A stretch of DNA of 55,523 bases from a virus. Lineage: Duplodnaviria; Caudoviricetes. Positions 9,557 through 19,913 of this stretch are shown here, in pieces. The stretch is taken from IMG/VR virus record IMGVR_UViG_3300016474_000233, positions 1 to 55,523 of that record; one strand, given 5' to 3'. Numbering within the stretch: the stretch's first letter is position 1; each line of letters begins with the position of its first letter. The translations under genes were made by a program, and so were the position numbers. Below the pieces are notes generated by a model. The model searched no databases, was not told the DNA's origin, and was given only the letters and a program-made list of their open reading frames with translations.

Positions 9557-10251
9557 ACTATTGGTGCGACAACTCCCCTGTGTGGAGTCACTACGGCAAC
9601 GCTTCTAGCGTCCTTTTCCCAGCTTGGGAACGGGCGTTTGCGGCCGTGGTGAAGCACTACCTGCCCGTCGTCCACGATCAAGATCTGAAGGCCCGCATGG
9701 TGCAGTTCATGAACGAGGAGCTGGCCCACGCCACGGCTCACGCGGCGTTCAACAAGCGCCAAGGGCTGGAGGAGCTGGAGGCCAAAGAATTTAAGCTGGC
9801 GCGTCTGGTGATGCGCAGGCCCGGTATGCCTTACTGGCTCGGGACCATGGTGTCCATCGAGCACTTGGCGGCCTGCATGTCTCGCTCCGTGATCGGACGC
9901 TGGGGCGGACGCGAGGGTCGCGACTACAAACTATTTCTGTGGCACGCCAAAGAGGAGCTGGGCCACAAGGCCTTGGCCATCGATCTGTGGCGCTACCTTG
10001 GTCATTCTGACGCCGAGCTGCGCAAGATTGCGCGAAGCAATCAAGCCTACGTCATGGGCGGCATGATCAAGCACACCCTTATTCAGACCGCAAAAGACGG
10101 TCAACTCCGCAACTGGAAAACGTGGCGTGATCTGGCGTCGTGGTCGTTCTTTGTGACGACCAAGGTGCTGATTCCGATGTTGTCGATCTACCTGCCCGGA
10201 TTCCATCCCAACAACAAAGACGACAGCAAATACATGGAGGTGCCCGCATGA
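9553..10251 (+). CDS. Predicted metal-dependent hydrolase (PF10118-like, ferritin-like di-metal fold)
   Basis: FPAWE, EELAHATAH, SIEH, WHAKEELGHK and C-terminal YLPGFHP motifs. Confidence 0.8.
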   Translation: MNYWCDNSPVWSHYGNASSVLFPAWERAFAAVVKHYLPVVHDQDLKARMVQFMNEELAHATAHAAFNKRQGLEELEAKEFKLARLVMRRPGMPYWLGTMVSIEHLAACMSRSVIGRWGGREGRDYKLFLWHAKEELGHKALAIDLWRYLGHSDAELRKIARSNQAYVMGGMIKHTLIQTAKDGQLRNWKTWRDLASWSFFVTTKVLIPMLSIYLPGFHPNNKDDSKYMEVPA

Positions 10252-10733
10252 GTACGACCGGCATCCACCCCGTTAATTCCAAGCAGCACATGCTCAAGCC
10301 CACGGATATTTTTGTGGTGGCGGCGCACGAGTACAAAGAAGGCATGGAGCAGCTCAAAGCGGCCGCGAAAAAAGCGCATGTGTCGCCTGAGCGGTTGTCT
10401 TACTCTGTGATGATCAAGGAGTACAGCGATCCTCGCCTGATCAGGATTCGTGAGGGCAATACGCTGTTTACGATTGCCGCGCTTCCGCACCGCGTTGGTT
10501 ATGTCCGCAGCTACAACGGCGACACCGCTGAGAACTTTATTGAGAACATGATCGTGTTCAATCAGTGCGCTCGATCAATGGGTTTTGATGTCCTTGTTGC
10601 TCACACGTCGCCTGCGATTGTGAGGGCGCTCAAGCTTGCATTGCGCAAGCACAAGGTCAAGGGCGTCAAGTCCAATTTTGACTCCTCGCAGAACTTGTTT
10701 GCTATCACCACTGGTGAGCCAAGGGGAGAGTAA
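10248..10733 (+). CDS. Hypothetical protein (position of GNAT-like tail assembly proteins)
   Basis: GGAGG RBS and ATGA overlap. Lies just before the ejection proteins. Confidence 0.55.
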   Translation: MSTTGIHPVNSKQHMLKPTDIFVVAAHEYKEGMEQLKAAAKKAHVSPERLSYSVMIKEYSDPRLIRIREGNTLFTIAALPHRVGYVRSYNGDTAENFIENMIVFNQCARSMGFDVLVAHTSPAIVRALKLALRKHKVKGVKSNFDSSQNLFAITTGEPRGE

Positions 10734-13700
10734 TGGGATTTGTATCAGGCCTTGTTGAAGACGTTTTTGGCGGCATAGCCACCGTCGTCACTGGTGTTGT
10801 CAAGATTGCCTCTGGCGCTTTGAAAACCGTTGTTGATGGCATCGCTGGTGTCGCGAAGACCGTCGTCAACTCTGTTCAAAACATCATCAAAAACCCTATC
10901 CCAACGCTGCTGCAAATTGGCGGTGCGATGATAGGCATTCCGCCTTATGTGACGGCTGCCGCTATCACTGCGGTGCAAGGCGGCAAGCTTGAAGACATCG
11001 CAAAGTCTGCCGCAATTTCATACGCGTCATCGTCATTCATGTCGGACACGCAAATTGGTGCCGACATCAAGAACTACACCTCCAACGCTTTTGCTGGGGA
11101 CTTCACTGATTCGATGATGACCAAGTTCAATCTGACGCCAGATCAGGCGGTGCAGATTGCAAGGGTCTCGACGGCAGCAATGAACAACGCGCTGGTCGGC
11201 GGCATCAACGCCGCTCTGACCGGCAAACCCGTGATGCAAGGCATCAGCTCTGGATTTACATCTGGGTTGGTGTATTCATCCACGGACAGCTTTTTTGACT
11301 CGATCAACAAAGACCCCAACTGGGGCTTCAGCCCGCAAGCCATCAACCTGATGAAGGGCGCAACCAGCACTGCGCTCAATACCTTCATTTCTGGCAAGGG
11401 CGACCCGGCTCAAGCCATCGGAAATTACATTGGCTACGCCGTGATCAACATGGGCGGCAGCACCCTCGCGCAGGCCGCGAAAGATGCGTACAAGCTCCTG
11501 ACGACAGATACCGAGGCGGCTAAAGAGTCTCAAGATAAATACAACCTGCTGAAGGCCGACTTTGATAAAAAGCTTGAGTCCGGCAACAAACTCAGTACGG
11601 AGATCAACGACGAAGCCAAGGCCTTGCAAAAGGTTGTGGACGAGCAGTACAACCCGTTCAAGACCGAGCTAGACAGGCTGCTTGCGGAAAACAGCAAAGC
11701 TGTTGACGACTACAACGCCAACAAGAAAATCTACGACGACAACAAGTGGGCGTTTGAGAACTACGACACAAAAGTAAAACAGCTCGGCTATGACTCCACC
11801 ACAGCCGAAGACGGCTCGACGTTGTACTACCGCGTTGTTGGCGGTAGGCGTGAGTTGACCTACGACGCAGAAAGCGGCGGGTACTACTGGCGCACTGTCC
11901 CCGACGGTTCGTTAGTCGATAGTGAAGGCTCCGCGTACACCACATGGGCCTATGACGCTCCGACTAAGGAGTCGTTTGCCAAGGCAGCTAACGATGCTGC
12001 TGCAATTTGCAACGCGGCCGGTGACAAGGCCGACTCTACGTCCTCGTCTATCAACAAGCTGACGGAAGACAACAAGGCCATGCTTGACGGACTGACCGCC
12101 AGCAAAACCTCGATTGACACCAAGCTTGCCGATCTTCAAAAGATCAAAGACGACATCGAAAAACCGAACGCTGATGGCACCAATTTGGCGGCCAAGCTGA
12201 AAGCTGCCGCAGACGAGTATCAGACCAAGTACGACGCGTGGGCGAAAACAAAAGAGGCCGCTGACCGCTCTGCCGAAAATTACGCCAAGGCGCTGTCTGA
12301 AGTTGGTACGCGCAACGCAACCATCGATGCGCTCAACAGTGGAGCCATCAAAGTCACGGGCAAAGACGCGAACGGCAATTGGACCTTGGACAACGGCATG
12401 ACCCTGACGACTCAGGGCAAGTTCTTGCAAGATGGCCAACCCTTGTTTGCCAACGCTGCGGGCATTCCTCAGAACGTCATGGACTTCAAGGCCGCTGACG
12501 GGTCCAACGTCGATTTCAACGAGAACGCTGGCCGCACGCTGTCCGAGACGGACGTCGATAACATTTGCAGGCGCGATTACGGCTTCACTCCGACGGCCGA
12601 TGAGGTCAAGCAGATCGCTGGCGGGGCGTACGCTGACAAGCCCACCGATGCAATGATCGCGCTGGCCAACAAGCGTGCCCGCGAAATCTACTTCTCGGTG
12701 GTTGGCAAAGAGCCGACCAGTGCGCAGATGGATCAAATCCGTGGCTCTGGAAACGTGCTCAATTCGGCCGCTGATGTTGCAATCAACGGCCTTGATTTGC
12801 CCCCGGGCTATGTGTCACCCGGCGCGTCGGTGGAGCAAAAGGTTTCGTTCGGCCAAGCCTACGCCGCTGCACGGGCGGCTTACGGCCCGGGCCGCACATT
12901 TGAGTGGAACGGCAAGCAGTACACGACCGAAAGTCGTGAGGAGCAAAAGGTCCGCCTCGACAAAGAGCTGGAGAACGCGCAGGCCCGCATCAACATGATG
13001 CCCGCCAGCGAAGTTGCTGGCGCTGGTCGAGGGTTCTTTGCTGGCCGCCCAGCGGGCGTGGAGGACATCTACGTCGGCAAGAAGGACGGCAACGTCTACG
13101 TTGACACGCGCACCTTCGATGCGATGGGCAACGTCACCGGCGGCGAACTGAAGCTCGCTGATGACAAGACGGCCACCAACGTCCGGGCCACTGGAATTCT
13201 TGGCCAGCTTGCCGCCACGGGCGCTCAGGGCATCGGTGAGCTGATGCAGAACTACGCCAGTGCTGTGGCTCTGGCCACCGGTTCTAGCTTGAACAACACG
13301 GTCTATAACCTCGGCAAGTCGATTGAGCAGTGGGGCAAGGCCCGTGACGGCGCTGACGTCGCGGCTCAGTCTCAAAGAATTGAAGACGCCGTTTCCAAAG
13401 CTGGCAAGACCTCCAACGTGTTTGATCAGGTGTCGATCATCGCCAAGGCGGTCAAAGACAACCCGCTCGGGTTTATCTCAAGCGTCGGCAAAGAAGTCGT
13501 GCAAGAGGCCCCGCCGTGGGCCATAGGCGCTGTTGCCGGGGCCGTGGCGCTGTCATTTGGTGCCGGTGGTGCGGCGGTAGCCACAACGGCCGCCGTGGTC
13601 TCTGCGGCCCTTGACGGGCTGGAGTCGTTTGGCGCGGGCGGCAAGGAGGCCTACGATGCCCTGAAGTCCGCCGGGGTGCCCGAAGACAAGGCGCGAGAGA

Positions 13701-16700
13701 AGGCCATCATCAACGGATCAATTCACGCAGCCGTAACTGCGCCTGCCGAATTTATCGCCGACAAAGCCTTGTTCAAAGCGTACCTCAGCAGCGTGTCTGG
13801 CGGGGTCAGGGAGTACGCTGCGAAGTACGGCTCGACGATTGCGACCAACTCTGTCAGCGAATTCCTTGAGGCTGTTCCTCAGAACGTCTCGACGCAGCTC
13901 GTCACGACCGGCAAGGTGGACCTGCCAGCAGCGACCGCCGGTGCTTTCTATGAGGGCATGATTGGCGGTGGCACGGTGACCGCCATGGCAGGCCCTGCGG
14001 CTATCCGAGATGCCGCCGTTGTGGCCAAGGACATCGCTGGAAACGACGTCACGCTCGGCGAGTTTATGAGCGGGGCGAAGCAGGTTGACCTCAAGACAAT
14101 TGACTCTTCGGCCGTCATTGGCCAGACCGGTAATGGTGCGCAGATCACGATGGGCGCTGTCACCGCCGCTGGTGTTGACAACGGCTTGAGCCTCGGCGAC
14201 CTCAAGGCGGTGCTTCCATCCTCGCTCACGAGCGACAGCACGGTGGTCGGTCGCGCAGCAGACGGCACTGCGGTCACCTTGGGCAACATCAACGCGATGG
14301 TCGCCAAGAACCCGACGATGTCCGTCTCGACGATTCTGGAGGACGTGTACACCCTCAACGCCAACGACTTCAAGGCCACGTTCACCCCCACGGTGCTCAA
14401 CGGCACCTCGGCTTACCAAAGCCTCACGGATCTTGAGACTCGGGCCAAGAATGCTGGGTTCCCAAGCTACGCCATGTACACCCAGTACAACGGCGATTCT
14501 TCGGCCTACAACAACGCCATAAATTTGCAGCTTGCCACGTCGGCGGGCTTTCCTGATTACGCTTCGTACACCAAGTACAACGGCGACCTTAACGCGTACA
14601 AGGCGGACAAGCCAGCGGTCACAACTGGAAGCACGGCGGTTGATCGCGGGATTGATGCCGCTGTTGGGGCTGTAACGGGCGGTGGCGCAACCGCAGGTGG
14701 CGGGACGACGGCCACTGGCGGCACCACGGCGGGCGGCACAACCACCACGACAACCGGGGGAGTGAATACCACCGGTGGAACGACCGCCACCGGCGGAACG
14801 ACCGCTACTGGAACCGGCACCAATTTGACCGGAACCACAACCACCACTGGCGGCACGGCAGGCACCACTACGACGACCGGCGGCGGGACGTCACAGACGG
14901 GAACCACAACCGGTGGAGGAACGTCTACAACCACCGGCGGCGGAACAACATCCACAACCGATACCGGAACCACTACCGGAGGGGGTGTTACTACGACTAC
15001 CGGCGGCGGCACTACGACCACCACCGGGGGCGCTACGACCGGCACAGGCACCACAACGGGCACCGGAACGACGACCACTACTGGTGGCGGCGTCACCATG
15101 GACGCGGTCACGCAGGCAATTCAAAGCGCAATAGCTGGCATTAAGCTGCCCGCTGGTGTGAGCATGGACGCGGTGGTCACTGCAATCAAGAACTACGCAG
15201 CAGCGAACCCGCAGCTCACGACGACCGATGTGGCCACGGCAATCGCCGACTACATGAAGTCAAACCCGCCGGTCAGCATGGCAGACGTCAGCGCTGCTAT
15301 GTCCACCGCCACTAAGGGGCTGGCCACGAAAGCCGACATCGCGACTGCGATTGCTGGAATTCAATTCCCCGCTGGCATCACCAAAGAGGACGTGACGGCT
15401 GCCATCGAGTCGTACATGTCCAAGAATGCCGGGTTGAGCGCCAAGGACGTGACGGATGCCGTCGCGACCTACATGCAGAACAACCCCGGCATCACGGCCG
15501 CGAACGTGACCTCTGCGGTAAACGAGGCCACCAAGAATTTGGTGACGTCGGACGCGCTGACCAAAGCTTTGACGGGCGTCACTGATGACGTGAAGACCAA
15601 GTTCGACACGTTGACCGAAGGGCAGAAGACCATCGTCGCGCAGCAAGTGCAGCAAGGTAAAGACCTGAGCAAAGCGATTGGCGATGTTGCGTCTAACTTG
15701 CAGACCAAGATCGACACCTTGTCCGGCGATGTCAAAACCAAGTTTGACACTTTGACCCAAGGTCAAAAGGACATCGTTGCACAGCAGACGCAGCAGGGCA
15801 AAGATCTAACGCAAGCGATCAACGACGTTTCGAAGACAACGACTGAGCAAATCTCGCAAGCCAAGAAGGACTTCACGACTCAGTTCAGCACACTGTCTGA
15901 AGACGTCAAGGGCAAGTTTGACACCTTGTCCGACTCGCAGAAGACCATCATTGAAAACCAAGTGCAGCAGGGCAAGGACCTGACGCAGGCGATCAACGAT
16001 GCAAGCAAACTCAGCACGGAACAGATCACCAACGTCAGGACCGAGCTGAAGGCCAACATCGAGGACACCCAGAAGATCTTCAACACTCGCGTTGACGAGT
16101 TGATGAAGCAGGGTCAGGACTTTCAGACCGCAACAAGCACGGCGCTTAAAGAGCTGGGTGGCGGCGTTGATGCCCTGAAGAAGGAGCAAGAGGCTGCCGC
16201 CACCGCTGCTCGCGCCAAAGAGGCTCAGTCCAAGACCGCGTCTAACCTTGCGCAGGCCGTGTCACTTGCGGCTCTTCCTGCGGCCGCTGCTGCCGGTACA
16301 GATGAGGCTACGCCGTTCAAGAAAATCGGTCTGCAAACCACCGGCCAAGCCAAATTTGAAGGCCCTCTTGAGCAGTATCTCAAGATGGTGAAAGGAACCA
16401 ACTATGCACAAAAGCCAGCGGAAGCGCAGCAGCAGCAAACCCAACAACAAGTTCAGCAGGGGGCCAACGTGCAGCAAGATTTACTGACCCCGCAGCCCGA
16501 CCAAGCGCAGGCCGGTTCGGATTATTTCAACTACGGCCAGCAAACCGACATCGACAAGATGCTGGCGGCCACGCAATCTCCTGAGATGGGGATTCTGCAA
16601 TCCAAGGCTGGAGGGCTTGCGACGCCCCTGATGGCTGCTGGCGGCACCACCCGGTACGGCCGCTACGCTCAGGGCGGACTGAACATCGTCCACCACTCTG

Positions 16701-16984
16701 GGAAGCCTCGCGTGGACTTCCGCCGGGGTGATGCTGTTACCGGCCCCGGAGATGGCCAATCTGACGATATTCCGGCCATGCTGGCCGATGGTGAATTCGT
16801 GTTCCCGGCGGACGTTGTGGCAGCTCTTGGAAATGGCTCTACAAAGGCCGGAAGCGATAAACTCTACGACATGATGCACTCCATTCGGGCGTATCACCGG
16901 TCGGCCGCGCCAGAGGATTTACCGCCACCCGCGAAAAAGTCCCCGCTGGATTACCTGAAGAAACCCCGAAAGGCTAGGAGATAA
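10733..16984 (+). CDS. Giant internal virion / DNA-ejection protein (2083 aa)
   Basis: Coiled coils, hydrophobic segments, a Thr/Gly tract, helical repeats, and a C-terminal GPGDGQSDDIPAMLADGEFV motif like that of tape-measure proteins. Confidence 0.7.
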   Translation: MGFVSGLVEDVFGGIATVVTGVVKIASGALKTVVDGIAGVAKTVVNSVQNIIKNPIPTLLQIGGAMIGIPPYVTAAAITAVQGGKLEDIAKSAAISYASSSFMSDTQIGADIKNYTSNAFAGDFTDSMMTKFNLTPDQAVQIARVSTAAMNNALVGGINAALTGKPVMQGISSGFTSGLVYSSTDSFFDSINKDPNWGFSPQAINLMKGATSTALNTFISGKGDPAQAIGNYIGYAVINMGGSTLAQAAKDAYKLLTTDTEAAKESQDKYNLLKADFDKKLESGNKLSTEINDEAKALQKVVDEQYNPFKTELDRLLAENSKAVDDYNANKKIYDDNKWAFENYDTKVKQLGYDSTTAEDGSTLYYRVVGGRRELTYDAESGGYYWRTVPDGSLVDSEGSAYTTWAYDAPTKESFAKAANDAAAICNAAGDKADSTSSSINKLTEDNKAMLDGLTASKTSIDTKLADLQKIKDDIEKPNADGTNLAAKLKAAADEYQTKYDAWAKTKEAADRSAENYAKALSEVGTRNATIDALNSGAIKVTGKDANGNWTLDNGMTLTTQGKFLQDGQPLFANAAGIPQNVMDFKAADGSNVDFNENAGRTLSETDVDNICRRDYGFTPTADEVKQIAGGAYADKPTDAMIALANKRAREIYFSVVGKEPTSAQMDQIRGSGNVLNSAADVAINGLDLPPGYVSPGASVEQKVSFGQAYAAARAAYGPGRTFEWNGKQYTTESREEQKVRLDKELENAQARINMMPASEVAGAGRGFFAGRPAGVEDIYVGKKDGNVYVDTRTFDAMGNVTGGELKLADDKTATNVRATGILGQLAATGAQGIGELMQNYASAVALATGSSLNNTVYNLGKSIEQWGKARDGADVAAQSQRIEDAVSKAGKTSNVFDQVSIIAKAVKDNPLGFISSVGKEVVQEAPPWAIGAVAGAVALSFGAGGAAVATTAAVVSAALDGLESFGAGGKEAYDALKSAGVPEDKAREKAIINGSIHAAVTAPAEFIADKALFKAYLSSVSGGVREYAAKYGSTIATNSVSEFLEAVPQNVSTQLVTTGKVDLPAATAGAFYEGMIGGGTVTAMAGPAAIRDAAVVAKDIAGNDVTLGEFMSGAKQVDLKTIDSSAVIGQTGNGAQITMGAVTAAGVDNGLSLGDLKAVLPSSLTSDSTVVGRAADGTAVTLGNINAMVAKNPTMSVSTILEDVYTLNANDFKATFTPTVLNGTSAYQSLTDLETRAKNAGFPSYAMYTQYNGDSSAYNNAINLQLATSAGFPDYASYTKYNGDLNAYKADKPAVTTGSTAVDRGIDAAVGAVTGGGATAGGGTTATGGTTAGGTTTTTTGGVNTTGGTTATGGTTATGTGTNLTGTTTTTGGTAGTTTTTGGGTSQTGTTTGGGTSTTTGGGTTSTTDTGTTTGGGVTTTTGGGTTTTTGGATTGTGTTTGTGTTTTTGGGVTMDAVTQAIQSAIAGIKLPAGVSMDAVVTAIKNYAAANPQLTTTDVATAIADYMKSNPPVSMADVSAAMSTATKGLATKADIATAIAGIQFPAGITKEDVTAAIESYMSKNAGLSAKDVTDAVATYMQNNPGITAANVTSAVNEATKNLVTSDALTKALTGVTDDVKTKFDTLTEGQKTIVAQQVQQGKDLSKAIGDVASNLQTKIDTLSGDVKTKFDTLTQGQKDIVAQQTQQGKDLTQAINDVSKTTTEQISQAKKDFTTQFSTLSEDVKGKFDTLSDSQKTIIENQVQQGKDLTQAINDASKLSTEQITNVRTELKANIEDTQKIFNTRVDELMKQGQDFQTATSTALKELGGGVDALKKEQEAAATAARAKEAQSKTASNLAQAVSLAALPAAAAAGTDEATPFKKIGLQTTGQAKFEGPLEQYLKMVKGTNYAQKPAEAQQQQTQQQVQQGANVQQDLLTPQPDQAQAGSDYFNYGQQTDIDKMLAATQSPEMGILQSKAGGLATPLMAAGGTTRYGRYAQGGLNIVHHSGKPRVDFRRGDAVTGPGDGQSDDIPAMLADGEFVFPADVVAALGNGSTKAGSDKLYDMMHSIRAYHRSAAPEDLPPPAKKSPLDYLKKPRKARR
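14670..15092 (+). repeat. Low-complexity (T)n-GG repeat tract within the giant protein
   Basis: About 140 codons of GGTTTTTGG-type repeats. Confidence 0.9.
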
Positions 16985-16986
16985 AC

Positions 16987-18027
16987 ATGGCACTCACTCA
17001 AGGATCTCCGCTGCCGGATATTACGCAAACCACGACGCGTACTGATCAGGCACCGGACTATTACACCAACTACCTGTCCGGCCTATCGCAGGCCGGTCAG
17101 ACGGCCATGGCACGCTCCCCGACCCAGTCTGTGGCCGGGTACGACCCGTTGCAGGTCATGGGCTACAGCAACCTGCCTGCGGCGACCGAGTCCTACAAGC
17201 CCGAGCTGCAAGCGGCTCAGACGACCGCCGCGCAGGCTGCCGCTGGCATCACGCCGGAGCGCATTCAAGCCCTCATGAACCCGTACACCAGCAACGTGGT
17301 GGACGAGATGGCCCGGCTGTCGCAGCAGAACGTGCAGCGCAACCTGCTGCCGACCATGAAGGCCGGGTTTGTAGGCACGGGTGGGCTGGGCAGTCAGCGT
17401 TACGCCGGTGCCCTTGGCCAGTCCATGGCGGACATCCAAGCCGGTCTGACGGGTCAGCAGTACGGTGCGCTCTCCAAAGGCTACAGCGAGGCCCTGAAGG
17501 GCGCTTTGGACGAGGCGCAGCTCCAGAACCAAGCGGCGCAGACGCAGGGCAAGCTTGCACAGCAGGAGCTGGACATGGGGTTAACCGGTGCCGGTGCTTT
17601 GACCAAGGCCGGTGCGGAGCGTCAGGCATACCAACAAAGTCTGCTCGACGCTCCCTTGAAGACCGCCACCACCGCGTCGGGACTCATGCGGGGCTTTACG
17701 GTGCCTCAGTCGCAGGTCGAGAAGTTCGTGGGGCCGAAGGCCGGTTCCTACGGCACGTCGGACCTGTCGAACATCCTCGGCGTGCTGTCGGTGCTTGGCA
17801 GCGCTGCTGGCGGCAAGGGCATGGAGAAGGTCGCCAGCCTTGGCGGCGGTTTGGTCGATTACCTCAAAGGGCTGGCCAGCGGCAACACGGGCATTCTTGG
17901 CGGTTTCAACGTAGACCCGAGCGAGTTTGTGGGTCAAAACGCTGGTGGCACTCCCGTGTATTGGGACACCACGACGGGCAAGTACTACGACACAAGCGGC
18001 AAAGAAGTGCCGATAGTGGGGGATTGA
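16987..18027 (+). CDS. Internal virion / DNA-ejection protein
   Basis: AGGAG RBS. Q/A/G-rich, MNPYTSNVV motif, hydrophobic C-terminal helix. Confidence 0.65.
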   Translation: MALTQGSPLPDITQTTTRTDQAPDYYTNYLSGLSQAGQTAMARSPTQSVAGYDPLQVMGYSNLPAATESYKPELQAAQTTAAQAAAGITPERIQALMNPYTSNVVDEMARLSQQNVQRNLLPTMKAGFVGTGGLGSQRYAGALGQSMADIQAGLTGQQYGALSKGYSEALKGALDEAQLQNQAAQTQGKLAQQELDMGLTGAGALTKAGAERQAYQQSLLDAPLKTATTASGLMRGFTVPQSQVEKFVGPKAGSYGTSDLSNILGVLSVLGSAAGGKGMEKVASLGGGLVDYLKGLASGNTGILGGFNVDPSEFVGQNAGGTPVYWDTTTGKYYDTSGKEVPIVGD

Positions 18028-18028
18028 C

Positions 18029-19912
18029 ATGGCAGCAGCAGCCGCAGCTCCAAGCGCAAGCTTTCTACCCGGAGAGGACCCCGACATTGTCGAGGCCAAC
18101 CGGCGCTATCAGGAGGCCCTTGCGACTCTCACCCAGTCGCTGGACGTCCGCAAGAATCGAATGTTCGACCCGGTCATGCTTGCCATGGCCGAGGGCTTTT
18201 TGTCGCCTACGCAAACCGGTTCGTTTGGCGAATCGCTTGGCAAGGTAGCTGGCAAGGTCGGTCCGGCCGAAGCTGCTTCCATGAAGGAGCAGCAGGACAT
18301 CGCCCAGCAGAAGCTGGCGGTTGCCGGGCAGGGGCTGGAATTGCAGCGCCTGAAGGCCCGCGACGCTGAACTGGCTCGGTTCCTCGGCGAGGGTCCTTCC
18401 AAGCCCGCCGCAGGACCCGCAGCAGGGCCTCTGGCAGGCCCGCAGGCAGGCGCAATTGCCGGTCCGCAAGCTGGCCCCCTGTCTACCGCTCCGGCGGCTC
18501 CTACGGCCCCTGCGGCCCCCGCTGGACCCCTGACTGCCGCTGCCGGTGAGCAGGTAGCCCCGCCAATCACGCCCCCGACCGGCACGGTCTCCGACCTGCC
18601 GCCGGGCGGTCCTCGCGGCCCTGAGAGGCCCATGGCCGCCGCTGTGCCCCCTGCCGCGCCCGCTGCCGGTCCTTTGACCACGCAAGCCCGCATGATCGCG
18701 CCGCAGGCAACCACTGGTGCTGCGCCGAGGGTTAGCGATAAACCTGTTGGGTTTGAGAACGTCGAGGGCATTCAAGTTGCTCCGGCCAATCCGAACTTCA
18801 TGACGGCCCGCGATTACATCCGCCTGAACCGGTTCGACAAGAACAAGTCCCCGGGCGATCTGATCAAAGAGGCCCAAGAGATCGAGCAGAAGCGCTACCG
18901 CGACAAAGAGGGTGGCGTGTTGGATCTGGCCACCGGTCGGTACTACCAGTACCCCACCGGCAAGACCGAAGAGATTCAGCTCTACGGCTACCCCGGCACC
19001 TACAAGGTCGATGCTCGCACGGCTGCCCAGCTCAGTCTCTACGCCGCCAACAACGATCCGAAGTACCACGACCTTGCCGAGCGAGTCGTTAAAGGGCCGG
19101 AGCGCCGTAAGCCGGAAGGTGAAGGCAAGCCCGGTGAAGGCGGTAAGCCCGGAGAGCCGCCTCGCCTCAGATCTCAAGGCGAGCTGGATCTCGACAAGCA
19201 GCGGAAGGAAGCGCTTCAGAAAGCTGAAGTCGAAATGGAGGTTGCTGCTCGCAAAGATTTCGATCAAAGACGTAGGGACGCTGATGACACCATCACGACC
19301 GCGAATTTGTTCCGTCGATTTGCGGCAGATCCGAACGCGGCCAAGATGGTCGGCATTCTCAACAACGACAAAATCTCGTCAGGCATCGCAACGCTGGTGC
19401 GTGACGGCATCGGCGTTCCCGGCTTTTCGATTGGAACCAAGTCTATCGAGGACGTAATGCGCAACGCTGGCCTCAGCGCCGCAGATCAAGCCAAGTACCG
19501 CACGTTCTTGATGTACGCCACCACGCTGCAATTGCAGCAGTCCAAGTACATGAAGGGCGCGGTGTCAGACTACGAGCAGCGCTTGATGGCCAACGCCGTG
19601 ATCAACGCGCAGGATACGCCTGAGACGATCCGCATGAAGGCGGACCTGCTGACGCGTCGTGCGCAGTTCGACCGCCGTGTGGCGAAGGCATTCAAAGACT
19701 CGAAGATGACTGCCGACGAGTTCTTGGATTCCGACACCTACGAGAAGATGCGCGACAAGTACAACGAGGACCTTGCCGATCTGGCGTCGGGCTCGAAGAT
19801 CCTTGCTGCGCCGCCTAAGCCAGATGCTGCTGCTGGCGCGGGCCAGCCAAGTCCCGGGTTCATTCGCGATCCGAAGACCGGCGTGATCCGCAAGAAGCAA
19901 CCGGGGGAGTGA
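18029..19912 (+). CDS. Internal virion / DNA-ejection protein
   Basis: 627 aa, helical with a Pro/Ala-rich linker, in the ejection gene cluster. Confidence 0.6.
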   Translation: MAAAAAAPSASFLPGEDPDIVEANRRYQEALATLTQSLDVRKNRMFDPVMLAMAEGFLSPTQTGSFGESLGKVAGKVGPAEAASMKEQQDIAQQKLAVAGQGLELQRLKARDAELARFLGEGPSKPAAGPAAGPLAGPQAGAIAGPQAGPLSTAPAAPTAPAAPAGPLTAAAGEQVAPPITPPTGTVSDLPPGGPRGPERPMAAAVPPAAPAAGPLTTQARMIAPQATTGAAPRVSDKPVGFENVEGIQVAPANPNFMTARDYIRLNRFDKNKSPGDLIKEAQEIEQKRYRDKEGGVLDLATGRYYQYPTGKTEEIQLYGYPGTYKVDARTAAQLSLYAANNDPKYHDLAERVVKGPERRKPEGEGKPGEGGKPGEPPRLRSQGELDLDKQRKEALQKAEVEMEVAARKDFDQRRRDADDTITTANLFRRFAADPNAAKMVGILNNDKISSGIATLVRDGIGVPGFSIGTKSIEDVMRNAGLSAADQAKYRTFLMYATTLQLQQSKYMKGAVSDYEQRLMANAVINAQDTPETIRMKADLLTRRAQFDRRVAKAFKDSKMTADEFLDSDTYEKMRDKYNEDLADLASGSKILAAPPKPDAAAGAGQPSPGFIRDPKTGVIRKKQPGE

Positions 19913-19913
19913 C

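Noticed and set aside
14670-15092. Repetitive DNA resembling an array
   Set aside because: It is an in-frame Thr/Gly codon tract with no constant repeat-spacer structure, so it is not a CRISPR array.
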